Below the pieces are notes generated by a model, which ran no database searches, was not told where the DNA came from, and saw only the letters and a program-made list of their open reading frames with translations. A stretch of 44,747 nt of DNA from Euryarchaeota archaeon UBA126 (GTDB taxonomy: Archaea > Thermoplasmatota > Poseidoniia > Poseidoniales > Thalassarchaeaceae): the NCBI GenBank assembly GCA_002497025.1, contig DAMG01000041.1, positions 1 to 44,747 of the forward strand. Direction: 5' to 3'. Below are positions 1-9,431 of this stretch, piece by piece. A program made the position numbers and the translations under genes. How positions within the stretch are numbered: the stretch's first letter is position 1; the number at the start of each line of letters is the position of its first letter.

Positions 1-453
1 ACATATGAGCACAAGGCATTCACCTACTGGGCTCCAGAGAACTTGCTTGCAGTTCCTCTTTCCACTTACCGATATACCTACGATGTAGATGGAGGATATG
101 GATACGAGTATGTATCTATGCTGAAATTGATCAACGTAGATGCGGAGAATTTGAGCCTCTCAGAACATGGAGAAGTAGATCACTCTCCATTCTACAACAA
201 CGATGATTCAGATGTACATTGGTGGTTCTCTTACTCTACCAACATCCGCAGGTCGATTTTCATGGGTGATTATGTCTACGCTTTCTCAGCTCTTGGAGTA
301 ACTATCCACAGCACTTCTGACCTAAACCCAATCCAAGAATTGGATATTCCAGGTCACGAATTACCTGATTGGTATTACTACGAGGAAGATGATGTTGAGG
401 AATCAGAATCCGAAGGTTCCGATGATGGAGCGGTGGAGTCTGAATCCAATTAG
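1..453 (+). CDS. C-terminal part of a secreted beta-propeller domain protein (Beta_propel-like); 5' truncated
   Basis: Frame is open from base 1 (TYEHKAFTYW...). The EHKAF and RRSIFMGDYVYAFS motifs resemble the C-terminus of this family. It ends in an acidic low-complexity tail, and the stop overlaps the pyrC stop. Confidence 0.7.
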   Translation, partial: TYEHKAFTYWAPENLLAVPLSTYRYTYDVDGGYGYEYVSMLKLINVDAENLSLSEHGEVDHSPFYNNDDSDVHWWFSYSTNIRRSIFMGDYVYAFSALGVTIHSTSDLNPIQELDIPGHELPDWYYYEEDDVEESESEGSDDGAVESESN

Positions 454-1802
454 TTGAATTTCAGAACTCTACCTGTACTTCCTGGCTTGGCAATAGGCGT
501 GCCCCTAAGGGGTCCACCAGCCTCACGTTTGTGAACAAGGTGACCATCAACTATGGTGTACGTAGGCCAACCTGTCAATTCCATTCCATCATATGGTGTC
601 CAACCGACTTTGGTCCATGTATCGGCATCGGTAATTGTTCGGCGATTTTCTAGGTCAACCAAAGTCAGATCGCCATCGTAGCCTTCGATAAGGGAGCCTT
701 TGTTTTTCATACCGTAAACTCTAGCGGGACCGGCACACATCCACTTTGCTACATCATTGATGCTACACTTACCATTCATCGCATGAGTAAGCATCAATGG
801 TAGAGATGTCTCAACGCCCGGCATACCAGCTGGAGCGTTTGGATATCCCACAGATTTTGATTCAAGGGTATGAGGTGCATGATCTGTGACCACGCAATCA
901 ATCGTGCCATCTTTGAGTCGCTTCCATAGAGTATCTCGGTCTTCAGTATAGCGAATTGGCGGATTCATAAGGGCTCTAACTCCTAGAGATTCCACGTCAT
1001 CTTGATCGAAAGTCAAGTGTTGGGTACAAACCTCAGTAGTGATGAGGTCTCCTTTGTTTTTGTTTAACCAGTCAGCTTCAGTTGCACTCGTTAGGTGGAC
1101 TATGTGCAGTCGATGATCATGGTCTTTGGCAAGAGCTGCGGCCCTCTTTGTGGCAATGAAAGCACATTCTACATCTCGGCATTCCGCGTGTAATCTGATG
1201 TCTGTCTGATTACCAAATTCCGCGATACGTTGCTGAAGTCTTTCCTCATCTTCTGCGTGGGTTGCAATTATACCACCAGTATTTGCAAAAATATTTTCCA
1301 AGTCTTTTTGTTCATGAACAAGTAAATCTCCAGTGCTACTTCCCATGAATATCTTGATTCCGCAAACCCCATCCATACCTTCGATATCTTGTAAATCTCT
1401 CACATTATCTCTTGTTGCTCCAGCAAAGAATCCGAAGTGATTTACCGTTTTTGATTCAGCAAGGCCAATTTTAGATTCTAAAGTAGCACGATTTGTTGCA
1501 TTGGGCACATTGTTTGGCATATCCAAGAAAGCTGTGATGCCTCCAGCGGCAGCGGCTCGACTACCGCTTTGCAAATCTTCTTTCTCGGTATTGCCTGGTT
1601 CTCTGAAGTGAACGTGGGGATCAATAGCCCCTGGGAGTAGGTGTAATCCAGTAGCATCAATCAGCAATTCACTATCTAAGGATTCTAAACCACCTCCGGT
1701 TGCTATTGTCTGGATAGAGCCATTGGTCACTCGAAGGTCACCTTCGACAATGGTATTAGCCAAAACTAGGGAGGCATTCTGAATCAGGACATTGCCTTGC
1801 AT
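450..1802 (-). CDS. pyrC: Dihydroorotase (amidohydrolase superfamily)
   Basis: DPHVHFREPG, DMPN, KIFMG (carbamylated Lys), HAED, MNPPIR, TDHAPH and GMPGVET motifs. Confidence 0.9.
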   Translation of the reverse strand: MQGNVLIQNASLVLANTIVEGDLRVTNGSIQTIATGGGLESLDSELLIDATGLHLLPGAIDPHVHFREPGNTEKEDLQSGSRAAAAGGITAFLDMPNNVPNATNRATLESKIGLAESKTVNHFGFFAGATRDNVRDLQDIEGMDGVCGIKIFMGSSTGDLLVHEQKDLENIFANTGGIIATHAEDEERLQQRIAEFGNQTDIRLHAECRDVECAFIATKRAAALAKDHDHRLHIVHLTSATEADWLNKNKGDLITTEVCTQHLTFDQDDVESLGVRALMNPPIRYTEDRDTLWKRLKDGTIDCVVTDHAPHTLESKSVGYPNAPAGMPGVETSLPLMLTHAMNGKCSINDVAKWMCAGPARVYGMKNKGSLIEGYDGDLTLVDLENRRTITDADTWTKVGWTPYDGMELTGWPTYTIVDGHLVHKREAGGPLRGTPIAKPGSTGRVLKFN

Positions 1803-1912
1803 GGTTGGTTCAGATGTTGCCGGAATGCTGGCATCTCAAGACTGTTCCCATCTCTGAATCGGAATTAGGTCGTCCCGCGCGCTTCAAATAACTGAGGCAT
1901 CAGCGAGGGGAC

Positions 1913-1990
1913 AGCGAGTTGGAGTAGCCAGGTTATCTCGTCGGGCTCATAACCCGGAGACCGGTGGTTCAAATCCACCACTCGCTACCA
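1913..1990 (+). tRNA. Initiator tRNA-Met (CAT)
   Basis: Acceptor stem AGCGAGT/ACTCGCT with A1:U72; anticodon arm TCGGG-CTCATAA-CCCGG with three consecutive G:C pairs; T arm GGTGG-TTCAAAT-CCACC; encoded CCA at 1988-1990. Confidence 0.96.
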
Positions 1991-2057
1991 AAATAAATTT
2001 GCAAATGGTCGATAAGATAAATGGAAGTAAATGAAAACTAAAAGTGAAAAATAGGGC

Positions 2058-2077
2058 CACTGCAAGGTTATACAGTG
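2058..2077. promoter_or_regulatory. Palindrome CACTG-N10-CAGTG upstream of radA; candidate operator
   Basis: Sequence cactg-caaggttata-cagtg in the AT-rich tRNA-radA spacer. Function is unproven. Confidence 0.3.
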
Positions 2078-2166
2078 TTAAGTACACTTTCAATTATCCA
2101 AAAGGGGTCCGTTTGTTGTTCATATACTGCCTAGCATTGAGGGATAGTGAAGGAAAGGTGAGAAAG

Positions 2167-3174
2167 ATGGCCAAGAAGACCGCAAGTGAGAAGTTAGATG
2201 AAGAAGATGGCTCAATAGTGATAGATGCAGATGAAGAGCAGGCAACTATAGATGATCTGCCAGGTGTAGGACCAGCTACGGCGGAAAAATTACGCGAGGC
2301 TGGTTTTGAAGAATTACTCGCTATCGCAGTAATGAGTCCAAATGAATTAGCCGAACAAGCCGAATTGGGTGAAGCGGTATCTTCGAAGATTATTCAGGGC
2401 GCTAAGAAAATGGCAAACATTGGCGGATTCATATCAGGTAACAAATTACTTGAACGCCGTAAAGAAGTCCAGAAGTTAACGTCGGGTTCAGCCGCTCTTG
2501 ACGAATTGCTAGGAGGTGGATTTGAAACCCAAGCAATAGTTGAGGTGTATGGTGAGTTCGGAAGTGGAAAGACACAGATAGGTCATCAATTAGCCGTTAA
2601 CACGATACTTCCTACTGAACAAGGAGGATTTGATGGAGAGATTTTCTACATAGATACCGAAGACACGTTCAGACCTGAAAGAATAGCTCAGATGGCAGAA
2701 GCTGTAGGTTTAGATCCAATCTTAGTTCTTGATAGAATACATGTCGCTCGTGCATACAATTCCGCGCATCAGATGTTGTTAGTAGATGAGATCAAAAAGC
2801 TCTCGAAGAATATTGATGTCAAGTTGGTAATAGTAGATTCACTCACTAGTCACTTCCGCGCAGAATATGTAGGTCGCGGAATGCTAGCTACAAGACAGCA
2901 GAAACTCAACAGACATCTGAAAGAACTAAAACAGTTATCGGATGTACATAATGCTCTAGTTTTGGTAACTAACCAAGTTATGTCAAAACCAGATGCAATG
3001 TGGGGTGATCCAACAAAGGCCATCGGAGGCCATATTGTTGGACACGCCAGCACTTTCCGTCTCTACCTCAGGAAGTCAAAGGGAGGGCGAAGAATTGCCC
3101 GACTAGTCGACAGCCCCAATTTGCCTGAGGGAGAGGCTGTGTTCACCGTGACTGCCGAGGGTCTCAGGGATTGA
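2167..3174 (+). CDS. radA: DNA repair and recombination protein RadA
   Basis: N-terminal HhH ([13 protein letters not shown]), Walker [23 protein letters not shown], Walker [16 protein letters not shown]. Start placed at ATG 2167 after a GGTGA ribosome-binding site. No intein. Confidence 0.97.
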   Translation: MAKKTASEKLDEEDGSIVIDADEEQATIDDLPGVGPATAEKLREAGFEELLAIAVMSPNELAEQAELGEAVSSKIIQGAKKMANIGGFISGNKLLERRKEVQKLTSGSAALDELLGGGFETQAIVEVYGEFGSGKTQIGHQLAVNTILPTEQGGFDGEIFYIDTEDTFRPERIAQMAEAVGLDPILVLDRIHVARAYNSAHQMLLVDEIKKLSKNIDVKLVIVDSLTSHFRAEYVGRGMLATRQQKLNRHLKELKQLSDVHNALVLVTNQVMSKPDAMWGDPTKAIGGHIVGHASTFRLYLRKSKGGRRIARLVDSPNLPEGEAVFTVTAEGLRD

Positions 3175-3207
3175 TTCTTGAGAGGCCCTCGGGGTCCGAG
3201 TGTGAAG

Positions 3208-4890
3208 TCATGCAGGTAATTCTGCTAGTGCTTCATCGATTTCCCCGATGAGTTCACCAACGTAGGATTCGGAAAAGGATAGTTCTAATCCGCTCGCTTG
3301 AAACAATTCAGTCAACCCTCGGGTGTAACCCAATGAAAGTCCGGCTTTGTATCTATCAAGAGCGTCTTGGGTATCTCTTCGATGATACTTCCACATCTGT
3401 AGTGCACCAAGTTGTGCAATACCGTATTCCACATAATAGAAAGGTACTCCAAATAAATGACCCTGACGTTGCCAGGATACTTTGTGTATATCCTCAAATC
3501 CAGTCATATTCACCTTAGGTCCAAAACGTTCTCCAAGTTCTAACCACTTCTCTGCTCTCTCCTCTCTCGAGTGATTTGGGTTTGCGTATACCCAATGTTG
3601 GAAGGCGTCGATTGTCGCCATCCATGGCATAAAGGAAATGATGTCTTCTAGGTGTTTTCGTCTTGCTCTATCAGCATCTTTGTTGTCATAGAATTCTTCC
3701 CAATGAGGATGGGTTAGAAGTTCCATTGACATACTAGCTACTTCGGCGAATTCAATTGGGGAATCTCTCTCATGGATTAGATCTAGGTGACCGGAATAGA
3801 ACGAGTGGAAAGCATGGCCGGCTTCGTGGATCATGGTCTCAATATTCCGCTGGGTCCCAGCAGCATTCATGAAAATAAATGGTAATCTACTCTTTTGCAA
3901 ATAATACTGATATCCTCCAGGTGCTTTTCCCTTCCGACTATCTAAGTCAAGGCAATCATTAGCATCGAGTTGGTCGAAGTAATTTCCGAGTTCTTCCGAC
4001 ATGTTGTGGAAAATTCGAGAGCAACCATCTACCATTTCTTGGACATCATTGAATGGCTGAAGTGGAGGTCGACCTTTCACATCGACACCCATATCCCATG
4101 GTCTTAACGAATCAATTCCTAAATCTCGCATTCTTTCTCCATCGGTTCGATGTCGCAATGGTTGACATACAGTTTCGATTGACTCGTGGAATTCTAAACA
4201 ATCTTCGATACTGTAATCGAATCGGTGCATAGAGGCGAACATATACTGTTGAAAACCTTCAAAACCTGCGTTTGTGGCCATTTTATGACGTATCTGAATC
4301 AATTCATCATAGATTTCTGAAACTCTTTCGTTATCTTCAAATCGTCTCTCAGAGACAGCTTTCCAAGCGTCCTCTCGGATTTTCCGATCTGTATTCTCAA
4401 AGTAAATGGCCATTTGAGCAAAGGTCTTCTGTTCTCCATCAAATTCTACCATTTGCGCTCCGCATATCTCATTATATTCAGTGACGAGTTTCGTTGCCTG
4501 TGTGCTTAGTGGTATATTCTCCTCTCTAAATATCGCGATATCGGTCTTTATTCCCTTGACTAATATGCCAAATCTCTCTGGCAACTCATCCAATGCCTGG
4601 TGTTCAACAAGTCGTCGATTTAGAGTATCGCTGTACTCTGATAATTTTGGTTGGACATTTTCTACGAATTGCATCCAAGATTTTTGTATGTCCTCATCAT
4701 CTGTGTGGCAAGTCATATCGATGTAGAGTCTGGCTCTAGCCTCTGAGATAACTTCGGATAGGCTAGATCTATCGGCGATGAAAGTTTCTAGACAATTTGA
4801 GCAACTCAATTTACGATCTCTAAGGTCATTCATGAACGGTTCTATGGATTCCCAAGACGAACCATCTAGATCTTTTGGAACAAAACTCAT
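3208..4890 (-). CDS. M3 family oligoendopeptidase (PepF-like)
   Basis: HEAGHAFH zinc motif, RKGKAPGGY, EFAEVASMSME, HLFGVPFYYVEY. Confidence 0.93.
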   Translation of the reverse strand: MSFVPKDLDGSSWESIEPFMNDLRDRKLSCSNCLETFIADRSSLSEVISEARARLYIDMTCHTDDEDIQKSWMQFVENVQPKLSEYSDTLNRRLVEHQALDELPERFGILVKGIKTDIAIFREENIPLSTQATKLVTEYNEICGAQMVEFDGEQKTFAQMAIYFENTDRKIREDAWKAVSERRFEDNERVSEIYDELIQIRHKMATNAGFEGFQQYMFASMHRFDYSIEDCLEFHESIETVCQPLRHRTDGERMRDLGIDSLRPWDMGVDVKGRPPLQPFNDVQEMVDGCSRIFHNMSEELGNYFDQLDANDCLDLDSRKGKAPGGYQYYLQKSRLPFIFMNAAGTQRNIETMIHEAGHAFHSFYSGHLDLIHERDSPIEFAEVASMSMELLTHPHWEEFYDNKDADRARRKHLEDIISFMPWMATIDAFQHWVYANPNHSREERAEKWLELGERFGPKVNMTGFEDIHKVSWQRQGHLFGVPFYYVEYGIAQLGALQMWKYHRRDTQDALDRYKAGLSLGYTRGLTELFQASGLELSFSESYVGELIGEIDEALAELPA

Positions 4891-4899
4891 GTTTCTTCC

Positions 4900-5148
4900 T
4901 CAATCTTTCTTAGATGACATAGGCCCAGTTGGTAAAGGCCCATCTTTTCGGTTGTACTTCTGCCTCTTCCACTTTGCCGCAGCCTCCCTATTTGCAGCTC
5001 TAATTTCATCAACACCCTCGTGCTTGGGGTTTTCCTTTTCGATCCAACATGCGGTGCAATACCTCTTCCCTTTGTAATCAACAAAATTACTTGGAGTACA
5101 GCTTTCATTGCAGACATTACAGGTACGGAATCCATGGAATCTCGACAT
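4900..5148 (-). CDS. Small basic zinc-finger-like protein (CxxC-x17-CxxC)
   Basis: CNVC and CTAC pairs with a Lys/Arg-rich tail. It fills the gap between cgi121 and the M3 peptidase, stopping 9 nt before the peptidase start. Confidence 0.7.
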   Translation of the reverse strand: MSRFHGFRTCNVCNESCTPSNFVDYKGKRYCTACWIEKENPKHEGVDEIRAANREAAAKWKRQKYNRKDGPLPTGPMSSKKD

Positions 5149-5200
5149 AATCTCATTTCAACCCTAGAGGCCTCCGTCTATCAGTTTGACCCCAAAGGGG

Positions 5201-5788
5201 TCAAGTGTTCATATCTGCCATAGCCGCGTGTAACATAAACGCAGATTCAAGCTCCAATAGATTAGAGTCTTCAATTTTAGATTCATATCCTAATCGTTGC
5301 AATCCAATGTTGGTTGGCATTGGTCTTTCAGTTACTAGATTGGATTTTAGATGAAGCATCAAACGATTTGCATCCAAAGCAGCATCATTGTATGTATCTC
5401 TTGGGATTTCCAATATTTCATTATCGTTAGTAAATGGGTAATCTGTGCCAAACTCCGGAAGGTAGACAATCCAAGCAGTTTCATCACCCTGCGTTAGGCC
5501 AGCTCGCTCGAACGCGATTCGTATCTGGTGAGTGCCGGAAATCAATCTTAGGAATTCTGTGTCGACATTATTTCCAACCATTGAGTTCCGCAATTCTCTC
5601 CTTCTCAGGGCGTGCCAAACCGTCCATAGATGAATCTCGCTTGCGGCGGCGGAGTAGGTGAGTAACAACCAACGTTGGTTCGGCCTCCATTCATTGAACA
5701 TTGAAATTACATCTTGTGGGTCGTCTAATGGATCTGGAAAACGTATTCCCCATGCGGGGAACCAAGGCACTCTATGGCCCTCTGCCAT
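5201..5788 (-). CDS. cgi121: KEOPS complex subunit Cgi121
   Basis: EFLRLISGTHQIRIAFERAGL matches the Cgi121 core motif; it lies directly downstream of hel308. Confidence 0.8.
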   Translation of the reverse strand: MAEGHRVPWFPAWGIRFPDPLDDPQDVISMFNEWRPNQRWLLLTYSAAASEIHLWTVWHALRRRELRNSMVGNNVDTEFLRLISGTHQIRIAFERAGLTQGDETAWIVYLPEFGTDYPFTNDNEILEIPRDTYNDAALDANRLMLHLKSNLVTERPMPTNIGLQRLGYESKIEDSNLLELESAFMLHAAMADMNT

Positions 5789-5824
5789 GCTTTCCGATGC
5801 GGTCTGATTGATGAATTATACAGT

Positions 5825-8377
5825 TCAACCTAATCGTCTAATTGATCTAGCCGCAGCCTCTACCAAATTATCCACTAGGCGAATACTCCAACCTCTTTGA
5901 CTTGCTAGGTTCTCACGGTCTTTTTCGGTTAATGAAGCGACATCGACAGCGTTCTCAACGCCTAGTAAGGTAACCATCTCTCTAGCCCTTGTTCGGCCAA
6001 TTCCTCTAATGCTAACTAATCCAAGTAGGTCCGATTTACAGCCGTGTCTAACCCTATTGTGTAATTCGCTGACCAAATCCACTAGCACCTTATGTTCTGA
6101 GGGACCTAATTGCCTTAACTCCTCATCGTCGTTGAGAATTTCTCTCATAGCATATAGTAACCATTCGGCCAAATCAACCCTGCTCCGTACATCGCCTGGT
6201 TGAACATTCCAATTATTCTCGAGATCTTCCATCCTCGCTTCATTAATCCAATCTTCAAGCACCAAAACGCCCTTCATTCTACGTTCAATATCTGCATCCA
6301 CAGCTTCTGTTAGGAACTCTCGCTGATGAGAATGGATAGCCGCATGGATTCTCTCAGCCTCCTCTTTTCTAGGCCAAAGGGCAAGAAAATCTGGAGTACA
6401 GGCTACTAAGTGAAGCAAACTCATTGGAGATAGTTGCCGTACATCATCGGTTCCAATCATTATTTTCATTGCCTTTTGTATCCCATCGTGTATCATTCTA
6501 CCAGAGATTGGATTGAGATACAGTCTAGCGACGCGATATCCAAGAGGGGTTGAAGAATACGTCATTGAAGCAGGGTCGGGAAGGGTTGGTTCACTAGTAA
6601 TTCTTTGACTAGCCCTTGAAAAACCAAAGATTGCTGGTCCTTTCCTAGGAGGAAGTGTGGTTGTTGATTCGAATTCTGATTTTGATATCTCTAAGCCTGG
6701 TACACTTTCCCCCGTCTTAGCCCATTCAGGCATTTCATCTTGCCAATCTTCTGTTTCAGATGTAGAATTCTCTCTTTCTTTAATTCTCGATAGAACCTCA
6801 TCAGATTCTCCTTCTCTAGTAATCATTCCATTTTCAGCCAACCAGCCAATAACATCGTCAAGGCGTGCTTCCAAACTTTGTTCATTCATGTGAGTAGCAA
6901 GGAAAGTTTGGTCAAAAAATCGTGATATTGAGTCCCTATCTCGTAACCCTCCTGTTGCCATAACCGAGAGAAGATGAGTCAATAATGCGGGGTCCTCTTC
7001 CGCACGAATTGCCGAGGGGTTAGCTAATTTTGAAGTGACTTCTTCAGGTTCACTTAACATGTACAGTTCGACGATATTTAATTCATCATCCTCGTCTTTT
7101 GCTAGTATCCATGCGTCACCAGAGTCGTCAAATTTAGGTCTCCCAGCTCTTCCTAACATCTGTCGTATTTCCATCACTGGAAGAGGCATTGAACCTCCGC
7201 CAATAGAACTCCATCTACGATGATCTCGAATGATTACTCTTCTGGCTGGCAGGTTTACTCCCTGTGCGAGGGTTGGAGTTGCAACAATTGCTAGCAAAGT
7301 CCCTTGTCTGAATGCCTCTTCGACAGCCTTCCTTTGGTTATGAGTTAGTCCAGCATGGTGGAATGCCACACCTCCTCTAATCGCTTGTGCGAGCGATCTA
7401 CCCATCACCGAAGTATCCTCTCGACGTGTTAATCGCTCGGCGAGGTTGTCCCACTCATCGATTAGTTCTGTATCATACTTCATCGGGTCATCGGAAATTT
7501 GTTTTCTAATATGTTTGGACAACTCTCTGGCTTCTTTCTGGGCGGATGCTCTAGAGTTTACGAATACAAGCATTTGTCCACCTGTAGAATATGAATCATC
7601 TAGGACTGCTTGCAGCCTTTTTGTGTTCTTTCCTTCAATCATTCTCGGTTCTGGCCATTCCACATGTTCCGGGCCATCTATGCGATGAATCTTGACATTA
7701 AGTCCAGTTAATGTACCCGAATGGAGCTGTATTGGCCTCCAACTCGATTGGATTAGTTTTGCATCTAACCAATCTGCCATATCTTGAGAATTTCCAACCG
7801 TCGCTGATAGGGCAATGAGTTGAGCTTCGGGTTGTGAGTGACGAATTCTGGAAAGAAGAACTTCCAGCGTCGGTCCTCTAGAAATATCGTGTAATAGATG
7901 AAATTCATCAGCCACTACTACGCCAATTTTTTCCATTACCCCCTCACGAGTTCGCAATATTGAATCGAGTTTTTCACTAGTGCAAACTAGAATATCAGAA
8001 TCATCGATTCCACTATTTTCACCACTTCTATCTCCTATCGCTATACCGACTCTAAGTCCGACTAAACTCGCCAATTCCTGTAACTCCTCGACTTTCTCAG
8101 AAGCCAAGGCTTTGAGTGGGACGATATACAAGCCTCTGGCTCCATTTAGGTCAGAAATTAGCCGTTGTATCATTGTCAGATGAGCAACCAATGATTTTCC
8201 GCTAGCTGTGGGAATAGTAAGCATAACATTGTGCCCAGCCAGTGCGTATGGTAAGGCTTCACGCTGCGGTGGAAATAGCTCTTCAATACCCCATTCAGAC
8301 CTAAGGTGTTGGATTATTCTCTCATCCACCTGTAGGTCTGCGAGACTTACCTCTGCGAGGTCTTCGTCTACCGCCAC
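5825..8377 (-). CDS. hel308: Ski2-like ATP-dependent DNA helicase Hel308
   Basis: ELFPPQ, PTASGKS, PLKALASEK, DEFH, LSAT, FHHAGL, ATPTLAQGVNLPA, QMLGRAGRP, and a C-terminal HhH (IRGIGRTRAR). GTG start. Confidence 0.93.
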   Translation of the reverse strand: MAVDEDLAEVSLADLQVDERIIQHLRSEWGIEELFPPQREALPYALAGHNVMLTIPTASGKSLVAHLTMIQRLISDLNGARGLYIVPLKALASEKVEELQELASLVGLRVGIAIGDRSGENSGIDDSDILVCTSEKLDSILRTREGVMEKIGVVVADEFHLLHDISRGPTLEVLLSRIRHSQPEAQLIALSATVGNSQDMADWLDAKLIQSSWRPIQLHSGTLTGLNVKIHRIDGPEHVEWPEPRMIEGKNTKRLQAVLDDSYSTGGQMLVFVNSRASAQKEARELSKHIRKQISDDPMKYDTELIDEWDNLAERLTRREDTSVMGRSLAQAIRGGVAFHHAGLTHNQRKAVEEAFRQGTLLAIVATPTLAQGVNLPARRVIIRDHRRWSSIGGGSMPLPVMEIRQMLGRAGRPKFDDSGDAWILAKDEDDELNIVELYMLSEPEEVTSKLANPSAIRAEEDPALLTHLLSVMATGGLRDRDSISRFFDQTFLATHMNEQSLEARLDDVIGWLAENGMITREGESDEVLSRIKERENSTSETEDWQDEMPEWAKTGESVPGLEISKSEFESTTTLPPRKGPAIFGFSRASQRITSEPTLPDPASMTYSSTPLGYRVARLYLNPISGRMIHDGIQKAMKIMIGTDDVRQLSPMSLLHLVACTPDFLALWPRKEEAERIHAAIHSHQREFLTEAVDADIERRMKGVLVLEDWINEARMEDLENNWNVQPGDVRSRVDLAEWLLYAMREILNDDEELRQLGPSEHKVLVDLVSELHNRVRHGCKSDLLGLVSIRGIGRTRAREMVTLLGVENAVDVASLTEKDRENLASQRGWSIRLVDNLVEAAARSIRRLG

Positions 8378-8424
8378 GTAGCGACTTAGAATCCGCCGTT
8401 CTAAAGGATACCGAATCTAATTGC

Positions 8425-8802
8425 TTAACCGAGATAAAAAACTAGAGCACACATCAATAACATGAGAGATGCGGGAGTCGCACGGCTTAGTGGATCTCCC
8501 TTTGTCCTCAGGTGACAAACGACAGCGCCTGCCATCAAGATACCCATTCCAACTGCGGCAAATTGCACTAATGAAGAATACCAAATACCCAAGATTAGCA
8601 GACTTGCAAGAGTCAATTTTGTTGCACCGATAACGTATACTGACCACTTTGGTAATCCGTATATTGCAAATTCTTCAACAATATTCTTTGCATTTCCAGC
8701 ACGGAAATTGGTTTCTAGCCTTGGTCTGAATATCCAAACTGCAATTATCACAACTGCGATAGTGATTTGTAGAACCATCACAAGTTCATCCATCATGGCC
8801 AT
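8425..8802 (-). CDS. DoxX-like family membrane protein
   Basis: Four hydrophobic helices with EEFAIYGLP and MAGAVVCHLR motifs. Confidence 0.8.
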   Translation of the reverse strand: MAMMDELVMVLQITIAVVIIAVWIFRPRLETNFRAGNAKNIVEEFAIYGLPKWSVYVIGATKLTLASLLILGIWYSSLVQFAAVGMGILMAGAVVCHLRTKGDPLSRATPASLMLLMCALVFYLG

Positions 8803-8850
8803 TAATTGAGCAACTTGGTGTATATACTCTTGTTCTGAGCACTTTACTTA

Positions 8851-9327
8851 CTAATTCCATCGATGGTATGCAGGATGCCCTTCTTTTACCGCAACGAATA
8901 GACCCTCTCCAATGGCACATATTTTTCCATCAGAGGTTAATTCCATCTTGACTTTGGCTCTATCATCAGCCAGTTCTATTACCTCTCCAGTTACTATTAT
9001 TTCATGTCCGAAAGGAGTTGGTCTACGGAGTTTGATGCTGTAATTGGCAGTAACTGTGCAAGGGGGTTCGACATCTCCAGATTGGTCCATGAGTGCAATC
9101 GCAGCGGTCCAATTACCATGACAATCCATCAAAGTTCCAATTATTCCTCCGTTTATCATACCTGGAAATGCTTGATGTTCAGCAGAGGGGTTAAACCGCA
9201 TTTCTAATCCATTTTCGCTCCTGAAGGAGTGTATACGTAGTCCTTCTGAGTTAGCCGGACCACAACCAAAACAGATGCTATTTGGAGCGTGTAACTCTTG
9301 AACAGACTTCCCCTTTACGGCACTCAT
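8851..9327 (-). CDS. PaaI-family (hotdog fold) thioesterase
   Basis: CFGCGPANSEGL, GMINGGIIGTLMDCH, VTANYSIKLRRPTP. Confidence 0.88.
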   Translation of the reverse strand: MSAVKGKSVQELHAPNSICFGCGPANSEGLRIHSFRSENGLEMRFNPSAEHQAFPGMINGGIIGTLMDCHGNWTAAIALMDQSGDVEPPCTVTANYSIKLRRPTPFGHEIIVTGEVIELADDRAKVKMELTSDGKICAIGEGLFVAVKEGHPAYHRWN

Positions 9328-9431
9328 TGTTCATCCGGCGCAATAAGCGGAATACAAGAATTACTCAAGAACAAACCAAAATTTCACTCAATCCTTGTAT
9401 GCTAATCCTCTTATTTGGTTGACTCCACAGA

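Noticed and set aside
2044..2166. 41-aa N-terminal extension of RadA in the ORF track
   Set aside because: It is AT-rich promoter-like sequence, and a GGTGA ribosome-binding site precedes ATG 2167.
4887..5156. Alternative 89-aa minus-strand ORF overlapping the zinc-finger gene
   Set aside because: No recognisable motif; the 4900-5148 frame has paired CxxC and is more protein-like.
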